Positions 39,715-48,365 of a stretch of 64,000 bases of DNA are shown here, in pieces. The DNA is from an uncultured Chlamydiales bacterium (lineage in GTDB: Bacteria > Chlamydiota > Chlamydiia > Chlamydiales > Rhabdochlamydiaceae), in NCBI GenBank assembly GCA_963700985.1, contig OY969554.1, forward strand, positions 736,001 through 800,000, given 5' to 3'. The notes under the pieces are model-generated. The model was not told the origin of the DNA. It did not search any database and saw only the letters and a program-made list of their open reading frames with translations. The position numbers were made by a program, and so were the translations under genes. The first letter of the stretch is position 1. Each line of letters begins with the position of its first letter.

Positions 39715-39928
39715 TTTGCAAGTTCCTTAATTCAGAATTTTTAAATTGCAGAAACCTTAGCAAGATTGCAGTGCTTACGTCAAATAGATTGCACATGTTG
39801 CTGTCTTGCACAACTCACTAATCGTGTGTATTTGTGCGCGCAATTTTCTCTGCTTGTTTCGAAATCTGCAAAAAAAATAAAGTTCTGATCTGACTGTGAC
39901 AAGAAGCAAAAACAGGATATCTTCAAAG

Positions 39929-40468
39929 ATGACACTTCGATCTACAATTGCTAATCTCGCACCGATGGATGCTCAAGAAAAAGAGCAAATTGAATCTGTG
40001 TTAAGATGGATAGATTCTGATCGCGAAATATACCGCATATCAAAGCCTGCAACTCCGCCAATCCATTTAGCTGCATACTTTGTGCTGATCGATTCTGAAA
40101 AAAAACAAATCCTTTTGGCAAGACATAAAAAAGCTGCACACCTGTGGCTTCCAACCGGCGGACATGTAGAAAAAGAAGAGTCACCTCTTGAAACTGTAAT
40201 AAGAGAATGCGAAGAAGAATTGCGCATGCACGCAGAATTTCTGCAAGATGATCCTCTGTTCTTAAGCCTCACCAAAACGATCGGAGAAGCCGTTGAGCAC
40301 ACGCACATTTCGCTCTGGTATATTCTTAAAGCAAACGCTTCTTGTGATATCGACTTTGACAAAGAAGAGCTGCACGCTGTGCACTGGTTTGATTTAGATA
40401 AAATCCCCTTCGAACTTTCCTATCCAGACCTGCAGAAATTTTGCATTAAACTTGGAGCCATCTCTTAG
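39929..40468 (+). CDS. NUDIX hydrolase
   Basis: Nudix box GGHVEKEESPLETVIRECEEEL; ATG 39929. Confidence 0.9.
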   Translation: MTLRSTIANLAPMDAQEKEQIESVLRWIDSDREIYRISKPATPPIHLAAYFVLIDSEKKQILLARHKKAAHLWLPTGGHVEKEESPLETVIRECEEELRMHAEFLQDDPLFLSLTKTIGEAVEHTHISLWYILKANASCDIDFDKEELHAVHWFDLDKIPFELSYPDLQKFCIKLGAIS

Positions 40469-40514
40469 ATTTCTTCACAAATAGCGACCAAAGTCCATAT
40501 TGAGAAACCTTCCC

Positions 40515-40569
40515 CTATAACTCAATTTTATGCACAAACCTGAGTTATAGAATCATGTTCTATAACTCA
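40515..40569. repeat. Three CTATAACTCA copies (direct, inverted, direct)
   Basis: 40515-40524, TGAGTTATAG 40541-40550, 40560-40569. Confidence 0.7.
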
Positions 40570-40684
40570 AACTAAGAAAGACTTACTCTAACAGTCTGAT
40601 ATTAAGAATGTTAAGAAATAAAACCACCGCTATCACCACACAAACCATTTACTATCAGTTATTTAAATGATGATTTGGCTTAAA

Positions 40685-40746
40685 TGCGGAGAAAAAACCG
40701 ATTATTCTCCGCATTTTTGCGGAGAATATGATTGTTCCTGCGGAGA
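40685..40746. promoter_or_regulatory. Four TGCGGAGA boxes upstream of fic (putative autoregulatory operator)
   Basis: 40685, inverted 40706, 40718, 40739. Confidence 0.65.
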
Positions 40747-40787
40747 TAACATGCTAAGATGAGAGAAACAGCTATAAAGCGCTTAAT

Positions 40788-41885
40788 ATGTACATATACG
40801 AACGTGAAAACTGGCCGGACTTTTTATGGGAGCAAGAAAAACTCTCAGATTTGCTTATTCAGCTACGTCATGAGCAGGGACGATTAATCGGTGGAATGGA
40901 ATCCATCGGCTTCCATGCGCGTGAAGAGACCATGTTACAAGTCTTAACACAAGATGTCGTTAAATCGAGCGAAATTGAAGGCGAGATTTTAGATCAAACA
41001 CAAGTGCGCTCTTCCGTTGCTAGGCATCTAGGAATGGATATTGCGGCTCTGGATGCCATAGATCGAAATATAGATGGCGTTGTTGAAATGATGCTCGATG
41101 CGACGCAAAATTTTGATCAACCGCTCACCAAAGAGAGGCTATTAAATTGGCGCGCATCCCTATTCCCAACCGGCCGCAGTGGCTTTACAAAGATTAGGAC
41201 TGGAGCGTGGCGCATAGGTCCCGTCCAGGTCGTCTCTGGTCAGATGGGCAAGGAGACAGTTCATTTCGAAGCCCCTCCTGCTGAACGAGTCGATCATGAG
41301 ATGAAGTTGTTTTTAGATTGGCTAAACACAGAGCGATCTCTTGATCTAGTTTTAAAAGCAGCTATTGCTCATCTCTGGTTCGTTACGATTCACCCCTTTG
41401 AAGATGGAAATGGCCGCATAGGACGCGCAATCGCAGACCTAATCCTAGCGCGTTCGGAAAATAGTTCACACCGTTTCTACAGCCTATCTGCGCAAATTCA
41501 AAAAGAGAGAAAACAATACTACGCCATTTTAGAGAAAACCCAAAAGGGAGCTTTAGACATTACACCCTGGATAGAGTGGTTTTTCTGTTGTCTTAGACAC
41601 GCAATCGAAGATGCATTGTCTACTCTTGACGCTATTCTACATAAGGCGCAGTTTTGGGAATCACTGGCAGAAGTTCCACTAAATGAAAGACAGCGAAAAG
41701 TTATCAATCGTTTGCTTGATGGCTTTGAGGGTAAATTAACCACATCCAAATGGGCCAAGATCACAAAGTGCTCTCAAGACACTGCCTATCGAGATATCCT
41801 CGACCTCACCAGCCTAGGAATACTCAAGAAAAATCCAGAAGGCGGCCGCAATACAAGCTATTCCCTTGTTATGAAAGAGATTTAG
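40788..41885 (+). CDS. Fic family protein with DUF4172-type N-terminus and C-terminal winged helix
   Basis: MYIYERENWPDF, SSEIEGE, HPFEDGNGRIGR, C-terminal TTSKWAKITKCSQDTAYRDI. Confidence 0.93.
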   Translation: MYIYERENWPDFLWEQEKLSDLLIQLRHEQGRLIGGMESIGFHAREETMLQVLTQDVVKSSEIEGEILDQTQVRSSVARHLGMDIAALDAIDRNIDGVVEMMLDATQNFDQPLTKERLLNWRASLFPTGRSGFTKIRTGAWRIGPVQVVSGQMGKETVHFEAPPAERVDHEMKLFLDWLNTERSLDLVLKAAIAHLWFVTIHPFEDGNGRIGRAIADLILARSENSSHRFYSLSAQIQKERKQYYAILEKTQKGALDITPWIEWFFCCLRHAIEDALSTLDAILHKAQFWESLAEVPLNERQRKVINRLLDGFEGKLTTSKWAKITKCSQDTAYRDILDLTSLGILKKNPEGGRNTSYSLVMKEI

Positions 41886-42068
41886 CGCCCTCTTAGCTTT
41901 TTCGAAAAAAAAATCTCGCGGTTGCCATAGAATGCAGGCACGTCGAAGATATTGTGCCAATAAAAATAGGGCATATTTATTCCGAACTTAGATTCGACCT
42001 TTCCAGTTGAGAGAAAGCGACCTAAGTATGTAGTACTACCATCAAAATCGACGTATAATCCAAGCCTG

Positions 42069-42124
42069 GAAATGAAAAAGACACTCAAGGATTAATCTTG
42101 AGTGCCTCAAAAAGAAAGGTCTCC
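42069..42124. repeat. Degenerate direct copy of tRNA-Asn terminator and 3' end (islet boundary)
   Basis: GAAATGAAAAAGACACTCAAGGATTAATCTTGAGTGCCT...GTCTCC matches 43887..43939. Confidence 0.8.
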
Positions 42125-42321
42125 AGATACTGGGTACACTTAGGACTTTTGACTGGCTCAACCTCTCTCAAGAATTTTCAAGCCTATCGCTAATCATACC
42201 TATAACCAAGTCATAATTTTTGAACTTTTTTTGACATAACGGTATACTAGTATTGTCGATAATCCGTTTGAAATTATCCGTTTTGCACTGAAAAGCAATT
42301 ACTTTAAAGAAGATTGAAAAA

Positions 42322-43764
42322 GTGAAAACTAAAGAGGCTTACTGGACTATTTGTCCGAAATGTTGTGGATGCGGCAAAAAAAACTTGAAGCTCCGCAAGA
42401 AAGCGAGACTCCGCTATCAAATAGCAATTAAGGAATTTGAAAAAGCTCAGCGTGAAGGAAAGGCTTCGGTTCGCCCTAAAGTTACTCAATATTTATGCGA
42501 TAATTGCAGTGGATCTGGCTTGATTTCTGCTACTAGTCACCCCATAGCAGACACAGAAAACTATCCACATGTAGCAATTATTGGTGCCGGTATAGGAGGC
42601 GTGGCGCTGGCTGTAGCTTGTTTGCATCGTGGTATTCCATTTACCCTTTATGAGCGCGATAGCAGCTTCGATGCACGAGCTCAAGGCTATGGACTTACCT
42701 TGCAACAAGCAAGCAACGCAATTAAAGGATTGGGTCTTTTCACTTTAAAAGACGGGGGTAGTTCCACACGTCATGTGGTGCATACTACAGAAGGAAAAGA
42801 AATTACTGAATGGGGAGTGAGGACGCATTCAAACATTAAAAAATCTCCAAGGCGTATAAATGCGCATATCCCGCGACAAGCCCTACGCTTAGCGTTGCTT
42901 GAGCAATTGGGCGAACATGATGCCGTGCAGTGGGGGCACCGTTTAGTTAGTTTTAAGCAATGTGAAGATAAAAGTGTTGAGCTACGCTTTCAAGTTAACG
43001 GAGAGATGAAGATTGCCAAGGTAGATTTGGTGGTGGGTGCTGATGGTATTCGTAGTGTTGTGCGCAGCTTGTTGATTGGCGAGGATATTACACCTTTGCG
43101 TTACCTGGGTTATGTAGTAATTTTGGGTATTTGTTCTTTAGAGGTTCTTAAGGGTGTTGAGAGTTCTTTGCTCGACTCAGCCACCGTGTTTCAAACCGTC
43201 AATGGCCATGAGCGAATCTACATGATGCCTTACTCGTTAGACTCGGTAATGTGGCAACTTAGTTTCCCCATGCCGGAAGAAGAGGCTAAGGCCTTGAGCG
43301 CACAAGGAGCTCAGGTGCTTAAAGAAGAAGCTTGTCGTAGAACACAGTGGCATAAGCCTATTCCTCAAATTTTATCAGCAACGCTACCGGCACAAATTTC
43401 AGGTTATCCCGTTTACGACCGAGAATTACTCAAGTCGGAATTATTGGAAAAAGCTGGGGCATGTACTTTGATTGGAGATGCAGCTCACCCTATGAGTCCA
43501 TTTAAAGGACAAGGTGCGAATCAGGCTCTGTTGGATGCGCTGGCACTGGCTCGTAACATATCAATAGCATGTACTCCCTTGTCTAAATGGCGAGAAACCG
43601 GAGTGAGAGAAATTGTACTAACTGACTTTGAAGAAGAAATGTTAGCACGTAGTGCTTCTAAAGTGAAGGATTCAGCTGAGGCTGCGGAGCTTCTACATTC
43701 CAAAGATGTGCTACGCGAAGGTTATGGACCTAAAGGACGGTCTTTACGAGGTAATACCCTGTAA
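42322..43764 (+). CDS. FAD-dependent monooxygenase with N-terminal CxxCxGxG zinc-binding repeats
   Basis: VAIIGAGIGG, LVVGADG, LIGDAAHPMSPFKGQGANQA; CPKCCGCG and CDNCSGSG. Confidence 0.9.
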   Translation: MKTKEAYWTICPKCCGCGKKNLKLRKKARLRYQIAIKEFEKAQREGKASVRPKVTQYLCDNCSGSGLISATSHPIADTENYPHVAIIGAGIGGVALAVACLHRGIPFTLYERDSSFDARAQGYGLTLQQASNAIKGLGLFTLKDGGSSTRHVVHTTEGKEITEWGVRTHSNIKKSPRRINAHIPRQALRLALLEQLGEHDAVQWGHRLVSFKQCEDKSVELRFQVNGEMKIAKVDLVVGADGIRSVVRSLLIGEDITPLRYLGYVVILGICSLEVLKGVESSLLDSATVFQTVNGHERIYMMPYSLDSVMWQLSFPMPEEEAKALSAQGAQVLKEEACRRTQWHKPIPQILSATLPAQISGYPVYDRELLKSELLEKAGACTLIGDAAHPMSPFKGQGANQALLDALALARNISIACTPLSKWRETGVREIVLTDFEEEMLARSASKVKDSAEAAELLHSKDVLREGYGPKGRSLRGNTL

Positions 43765-43892
43765 TTAGGGTCAATCCTAACATTCTGACGTTTTTAGGTT
43801 TATACCATCCTCTCCTCCAGTTGTTAATGAGATAGTTTACGTTGCTCTAAAACATTCAGACGCATGTTTTAGTAGATATAGAATTAGAAATG

Positions 43893-43925
43893 AAAAAGGC
43901 ACTCAAGAATTATCTTGAGTGCCTT
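43893..43925 (-). terminator. Rho-independent terminator of tRNA-Asn
   Basis: AAGGCACTCAAGA-4 nt-TCTTGAGTGCCTT with T-tract on minus strand. Confidence 0.85.
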
Positions 43926-43935
43926 AAATAGAAGT

Positions 43936-44007
43936 CTCCGGGTGTAGGATTCGAACCTACGACCAACGGATTAACAGTCCGCTGCTCTACCACTGAGCTA
44001 ACCCGGA
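43936..44007 (-). tRNA. tRNA-Asn (GTT), CCA not encoded
   Basis: TCCGGGTTAGCTCAGTGGTAGAGCAGCGGACTGTTAATCCGTTGGTCGTAGGTTCGAATCCTACACCCGGAG; cloverleaf, anticodon GTT. Confidence 0.97.
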
Positions 44008-44082
44008 ATACAAAGCGAGAATCTTAGGAAAGAATACCAATTAAAGGCAATCTTTTCAGCGTTTTGAGATAAAGCAAGAAGC

Positions 44083-45339
44083 TTAGCTGCCTTCACTTTC
44101 GTCGCGTAATTTTTCAAAATAGACTACACGCTTTTTCATTTCTCGCTCAAAGCCGCGCTCTTGTGGATGATAGAAGGATTGACGGGCCATCTGATCTGGA
44201 AAATAGTTTTGACCGGAGAAACCTTGAGGGGTGTCATGGTCGTAAATATAGCCTTTTCCATAGCCCATTTTTTTCATCATGGTAGTAGGTGCATTCAGAA
44301 TGATGTAGGGCGGCGGCAGATGGGATGTTTCTGTGGCGGTCTCTTTCGACTGATTGTAAGCGGCATAGACAGCATTACTTTTTGGGGCAAGCGCGAGGTA
44401 GACGACGACTTGCGCCAGAGCTAACTCCCCTTCTGGCGAGCCTAGCATCTCAAAGGCATCACGTGCAGCCACGGCCAAGGTGAGAGCTTGCGGATCGGCC
44501 AAGCCAATATCTTCTGAAGCCATGCGGATCAGGCGTCTTGCGATAAAGAGTGGATCTTCACCGCCAATAAGCATGCGATTAAACCAGTAGAGCGCGGCAT
44601 CGGGATCTGAGCCACGCACAGATTTATGTAGAGCGGAAATAATATTGTAATGTTCATCGGTCGAACGATCAAAAAGAGGCGCTTTTTTCTGTAAAAAATT
44701 TTGCAGATCTTCAACGTTTAAAACTTCTTCAATTCCTTCTAGGTTTTCTACGAGGTTGAGAAGATAGCGGCCGTCGCCTTGCGCAAGATGTGTAAGGTAG
44801 TGGCGCGCTTCATCATTGAGTTTGAGTGGGCCTTTCTGCGCTTCAAAGCGTTGCAAGATATTCTCAAGCGAATTCTCATCTAAAAAATTTAGTTTCAGCA
44901 CGCGAACCCGCGACAAGAGCGCTTTGTTCAAATAGAATGAGGGGTTTTCAACCGTGGCACCAACGAGGACGAGCTTCCCGCTCTCTAAAAACGGCAAAAA
45001 AGCATCTTGTTGGGCTTTGTTAAACCTGTGGATCTCATCGACAAAAAGTAAAATAGGCCCAAAAAGTGGCGTGTCTTTCCCCTCTTTCAGCAGCTGCTTT
45101 AATTCAGCCACACCACTGAAGATAGCGCTCAAACTTTCAAAGCGCATCGAAAACGCTTTGGCATAGAGATGCGCGATGGATGTTTTACCTGTGCCTGGTG
45201 GCCCCCATAAGATAATCGAGAGGGGCTTCTTTTTTTCGAGAATTTTGGTAATGAAACCGTGCGGTCCTAAAAGATGTTGTTGTCCGACAATTTCATCGAA
45301 TTTTTTAGGCCGTAATTGTTCTGAAAGTGGAGCGTTCAT
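44083..45339 (-). CDS. rarA: Replication-associated recombination protein A (RarA/MgsA)
   Basis: [48 protein letters not shown]. Confidence 0.96.
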   Translation of the reverse strand: MNAPLSEQLRPKKFDEIVGQQHLLGPHGFITKILEKKKPLSIILWGPPGTGKTSIAHLYAKAFSMRFESLSAIFSGVAELKQLLKEGKDTPLFGPILLFVDEIHRFNKAQQDAFLPFLESGKLVLVGATVENPSFYLNKALLSRVRVLKLNFLDENSLENILQRFEAQKGPLKLNDEARHYLTHLAQGDGRYLLNLVENLEGIEEVLNVEDLQNFLQKKAPLFDRSTDEHYNIISALHKSVRGSDPDAALYWFNRMLIGGEDPLFIARRLIRMASEDIGLADPQALTLAVAARDAFEMLGSPEGELALAQVVVYLALAPKSNAVYAAYNQSKETATETSHLPPPYIILNAPTTMMKKMGYGKGYIYDHDTPQGFSGQNYFPDQMARQSFYHPQERGFEREMKKRVVYFEKLRDESEGS

Positions 45340-45432
45340 GATCTCTATTATATAACATAAAAGCAGTATAAATTGCGTCTCATTTTCAAGGCTGGTATTC
45401 TTGCTCGGATTATAGATTCAGAAGAGGGATAA

Positions 45433-47592
45433 ATGAGTGCAGCAAAACCGATTACATCAGGTACGTCTAAAACTAACCCAAGCTTAGCACCCCATCTAGA
45501 AGGAAAAGAAACTAAAGCAAATCCTCTAACTCAGATAGCTGTTAGCGCGCTGAGCCGTGATATGGCAAATCGAATGGGCCCTATTGTCGGCGATCCCAAT
45601 GCCTCAGCAGCCAAGAAAATGGAGTATATTCAGAAGGCATTGAACTTGGAAGAGTTCCAATTAAAAGAAACTTCGCGTCCTAAACCTAAACTCCAGCTTT
45701 CATTAAGCGAAAAAACTCTTTTAAATCGCATGCTTCGAGATTGTGTATTCGAACAAGGCCTTACCCTCTTAGATCTATGGGGTCTCGAGGTTTATAATCA
45801 TATGAAAGCACTTGCCAGAATCATAACCCCAAAAGATATGGCGGCTCTGAAGGAAAATCTCCAAATATTCTGTAAAACTTTTGCCAGAAAAGCCGTAGAA
45901 AGTTCAGCTAAAAATGCTGAAGAATATATTAAAAAATGGGTGAATCAGCTCGCTGAGCTCAAAAATGATTTACAGATAGTAGCTTCTTCAATCCCTAATG
46001 CTTTTAAAGAAAAGCAACAGGCTTTCGCTGCGCTTATTGATCGATTAAGTCTTGGCATTACCCTTTTGCGTAACAATAATATGCAAAAACTGCGCTCAAA
46101 TGTTGATTTATTTTTCACAGAAACCGTGAAGCCAGATACAGCGAATCCTGAAAAAACTCTCCAAGGACTAATTACCTATACGAAATTTCTATCGGAGGGC
46201 TTTCCGGTTGTTTGTAAAGTCCAGCCTCCACAACTCGATCTCACCATATTTTCCAAAATACACCAGCACTTAACGAATATTTTAGAGGCTGCTGATAAGC
46301 AAACGGCTATGAAAGCCTTAAAACGTGATCTTCACGTATGGTTTTCAAAATTTCCTGCCAATGATGAGGATCTAAAAGATGCAAATATGCGAGCTGCAGC
46401 TGGAAAGATAAACTACAAAGTCTACTGTGCAAAGTACGGCATTAAATACGAAAAAGAACCAACAGAAATTGAATTTTGCCAATCTCTATTTGTCAATTAT
46501 TTGCAAAATAGTTTTTTGAACGCCCGTGTTGATTTCTGCTTGAATCTTGTAGATGCGCAATACATGACACCTCTTTTTCCAGATACGTATGCATCTACTT
46601 ACCTGGGCTTTCGCCGACTTTATATGAATGTCAGCACGATAAATCAAATTGTTCTAGAAAAAAAGCCTGCTTCTGCTCCTGTTCATCCAGCTTTTCCTGG
46701 TTTATTGGCTTCCGCCCAGAAAAAAGAGATTAGCCAACTTTTAGACACAATCCATGCAGACACGGCCGCTTTAACACGCGCTGCGTTTCCTCCACGCAAG
46801 TTTTTTGAAACTGCGCACCTGATTCTCGATCAGAAGCAGTGTATCATATTCGATGAGGAGCTTATCTTCATCGAAGGATTTGAGCCTCTGCTAAAGCTTT
46901 TCGAAAAGCTGCCTCCTCAATTAAATGAGTTGCGTCTTAAGCATCTAAAACTTATCGAGGCATTTCTCAAAACATTAGATTTAAAAGAACTCGCAAAAAA
47001 CCGCGATCAGTGGATCGATTTCTTTCAAAAGGCGTGCCTGAATGCAACGATCGACTTTTGCCGTTTGAATATGATCGTCAAAGATTTGCAGGCCTGCGCA
47101 GAACTCGACACGGTGAATGGCGAAGAGCTCTTTCTAGATGAATATGTGGACTATGTTCTGCTGGATGGCATCGAGGGGCTTATCGATCACCTAATTAAGC
47201 CCGCACATCCCATGCGCGAAGAGCCAGAAGGCAGGCCTGAGAAACCACGACCTGTAACTATACGCATCTCCGCGGTTGCAAGCAGTGCACTTCCAGCTGC
47301 TCCAGCTAAACCCCCTGCAGAAAGGGTTGAACGAAAAAAAGAGCTGCCAGTTCCTAGAGTTACAGAAGCGCCCGCTTTAGATTTTCGTCGAATAAAAAAG
47401 CGCAAATTATTGCAGCTCTTGAAAGCACATGGAATTAATCTCGATGCCGGAAGACGTAGATCAACTGGTCATCAGCCTTATGTAGGTGAGGATGGAACAC
47501 GATACACCATTCCTTCTGGTAGTAAGCATGACATCTTGAGACCTAAAACTTTTAAAAGTTTGGCAAATAGAGTGGATTCAAAAGAAGGGTAA
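45433..47592 (+). CDS. Large hypothetical protein with C-terminal HicA-like domain
   Basis: 719-aa helical ORF, Pro/Ala linker, then KRKLLQLLKAHG...STGHQPY...YTIPSG.KHDILRPKTFKSL. Confidence 0.65.
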   Translation: MSAAKPITSGTSKTNPSLAPHLEGKETKANPLTQIAVSALSRDMANRMGPIVGDPNASAAKKMEYIQKALNLEEFQLKETSRPKPKLQLSLSEKTLLNRMLRDCVFEQGLTLLDLWGLEVYNHMKALARIITPKDMAALKENLQIFCKTFARKAVESSAKNAEEYIKKWVNQLAELKNDLQIVASSIPNAFKEKQQAFAALIDRLSLGITLLRNNNMQKLRSNVDLFFTETVKPDTANPEKTLQGLITYTKFLSEGFPVVCKVQPPQLDLTIFSKIHQHLTNILEAADKQTAMKALKRDLHVWFSKFPANDEDLKDANMRAAAGKINYKVYCAKYGIKYEKEPTEIEFCQSLFVNYLQNSFLNARVDFCLNLVDAQYMTPLFPDTYASTYLGFRRLYMNVSTINQIVLEKKPASAPVHPAFPGLLASAQKKEISQLLDTIHADTAALTRAAFPPRKFFETAHLILDQKQCIIFDEELIFIEGFEPLLKLFEKLPPQLNELRLKHLKLIEAFLKTLDLKELAKNRDQWIDFFQKACLNATIDFCRLNMIVKDLQACAELDTVNGEELFLDEYVDYVLLDGIEGLIDHLIKPAHPMREEPEGRPEKPRPVTIRISAVASSALPAAPAKPPAERVERKKELPVPRVTEAPALDFRRIKKRKLLQLLKAHGINLDAGRRRSTGHQPYVGEDGTRYTIPSGSKHDILRPKTFKSLANRVDSKEG

Positions 47593-47660
47593 AGGCATTG
47601 CAAAAAAATAAATCTACAACATAAAGTTTCTAAACGAGTTATTTTACCTTGAGCATAATT

Positions 47661-48326
47661 ATGGCTATAGACAACTCACCTAGATTTACTTCTCTTCTTT
47701 CTCCTTTGCCGCCACCAAATCCAGTAGAATTCAAAGAGCAGAAAGCTGAGGAGCCAGCTTTCATCCCTCCTGGGTTAATACCTATGCCGCAAGCAGATAC
47801 ACATTCTTCCGCAGCAAATGGCAAAAAACGCAAAATAGAGGTCTTAAATCTACTCTCATCAGAAATGCGTCGCTCTGAGGAGAGTGAAAAAACATTAATG
47901 GAAAGCAATCGCAAACTCGGAGAAGATTTCGCTGCCGCACAAGATCAGATACGCAAGCTTGAAAAAGAACTCGCTGCTGCACAAAGCAACATAATAAATT
48001 TAGAATTCTCATCAAAAACACATCAGCTTAATTCTGCTTTTTGGATAGCTGAGGTAAAGAAGATCCTAGTTGTTATTTCGCTTCTTAAAGCACAAAGAAT
48101 AATCGACATACACTCTATCTCAAACCTTAGCCGAATAATTTTTTCTTTAACACAAAATTTTACTCCTCCGCCACTCTCTGCTCCTTCTGAGATTTCACCT
48201 CTCTTACTCCCCATGAATGCAAATGCTCAAGTATCTCACTCTTCTTCGGCAATTTTACCTCTCTTAGAAGCCTTGAACAGCAACACTCAAGCTGTGAGCG
48301 ACCCCACAAAAGCTGGCCCTAGATAA
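47661..48326 (+). CDS. Hypothetical Pro-rich coiled-coil protein
   Basis: ATG 47661; poly-Pro, KKRK, heptad repeats. Confidence 0.65.
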   Translation: MAIDNSPRFTSLLSPLPPPNPVEFKEQKAEEPAFIPPGLIPMPQADTHSSAANGKKRKIEVLNLLSSEMRRSEESEKTLMESNRKLGEDFAAAQDQIRKLEKELAAAQSNIINLEFSSKTHQLNSAFWIAEVKKILVVISLLKAQRIIDIHSISNLSRIIFSLTQNFTPPPLSAPSEISPLLLPMNANAQVSHSSSAILPLLEALNSNTQAVSDPTKAGPR

Positions 48327-48365
48327 ATTTAGACTTTTGCAGCCACCTCTGTTAATTTAATTTGC

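Noticed and set aside
41882-42320. Short ORF 41882..42088 and possible recombinase C-terminal remnant after 42121
   Set aside because: No recognisable integrase motifs; too short to support
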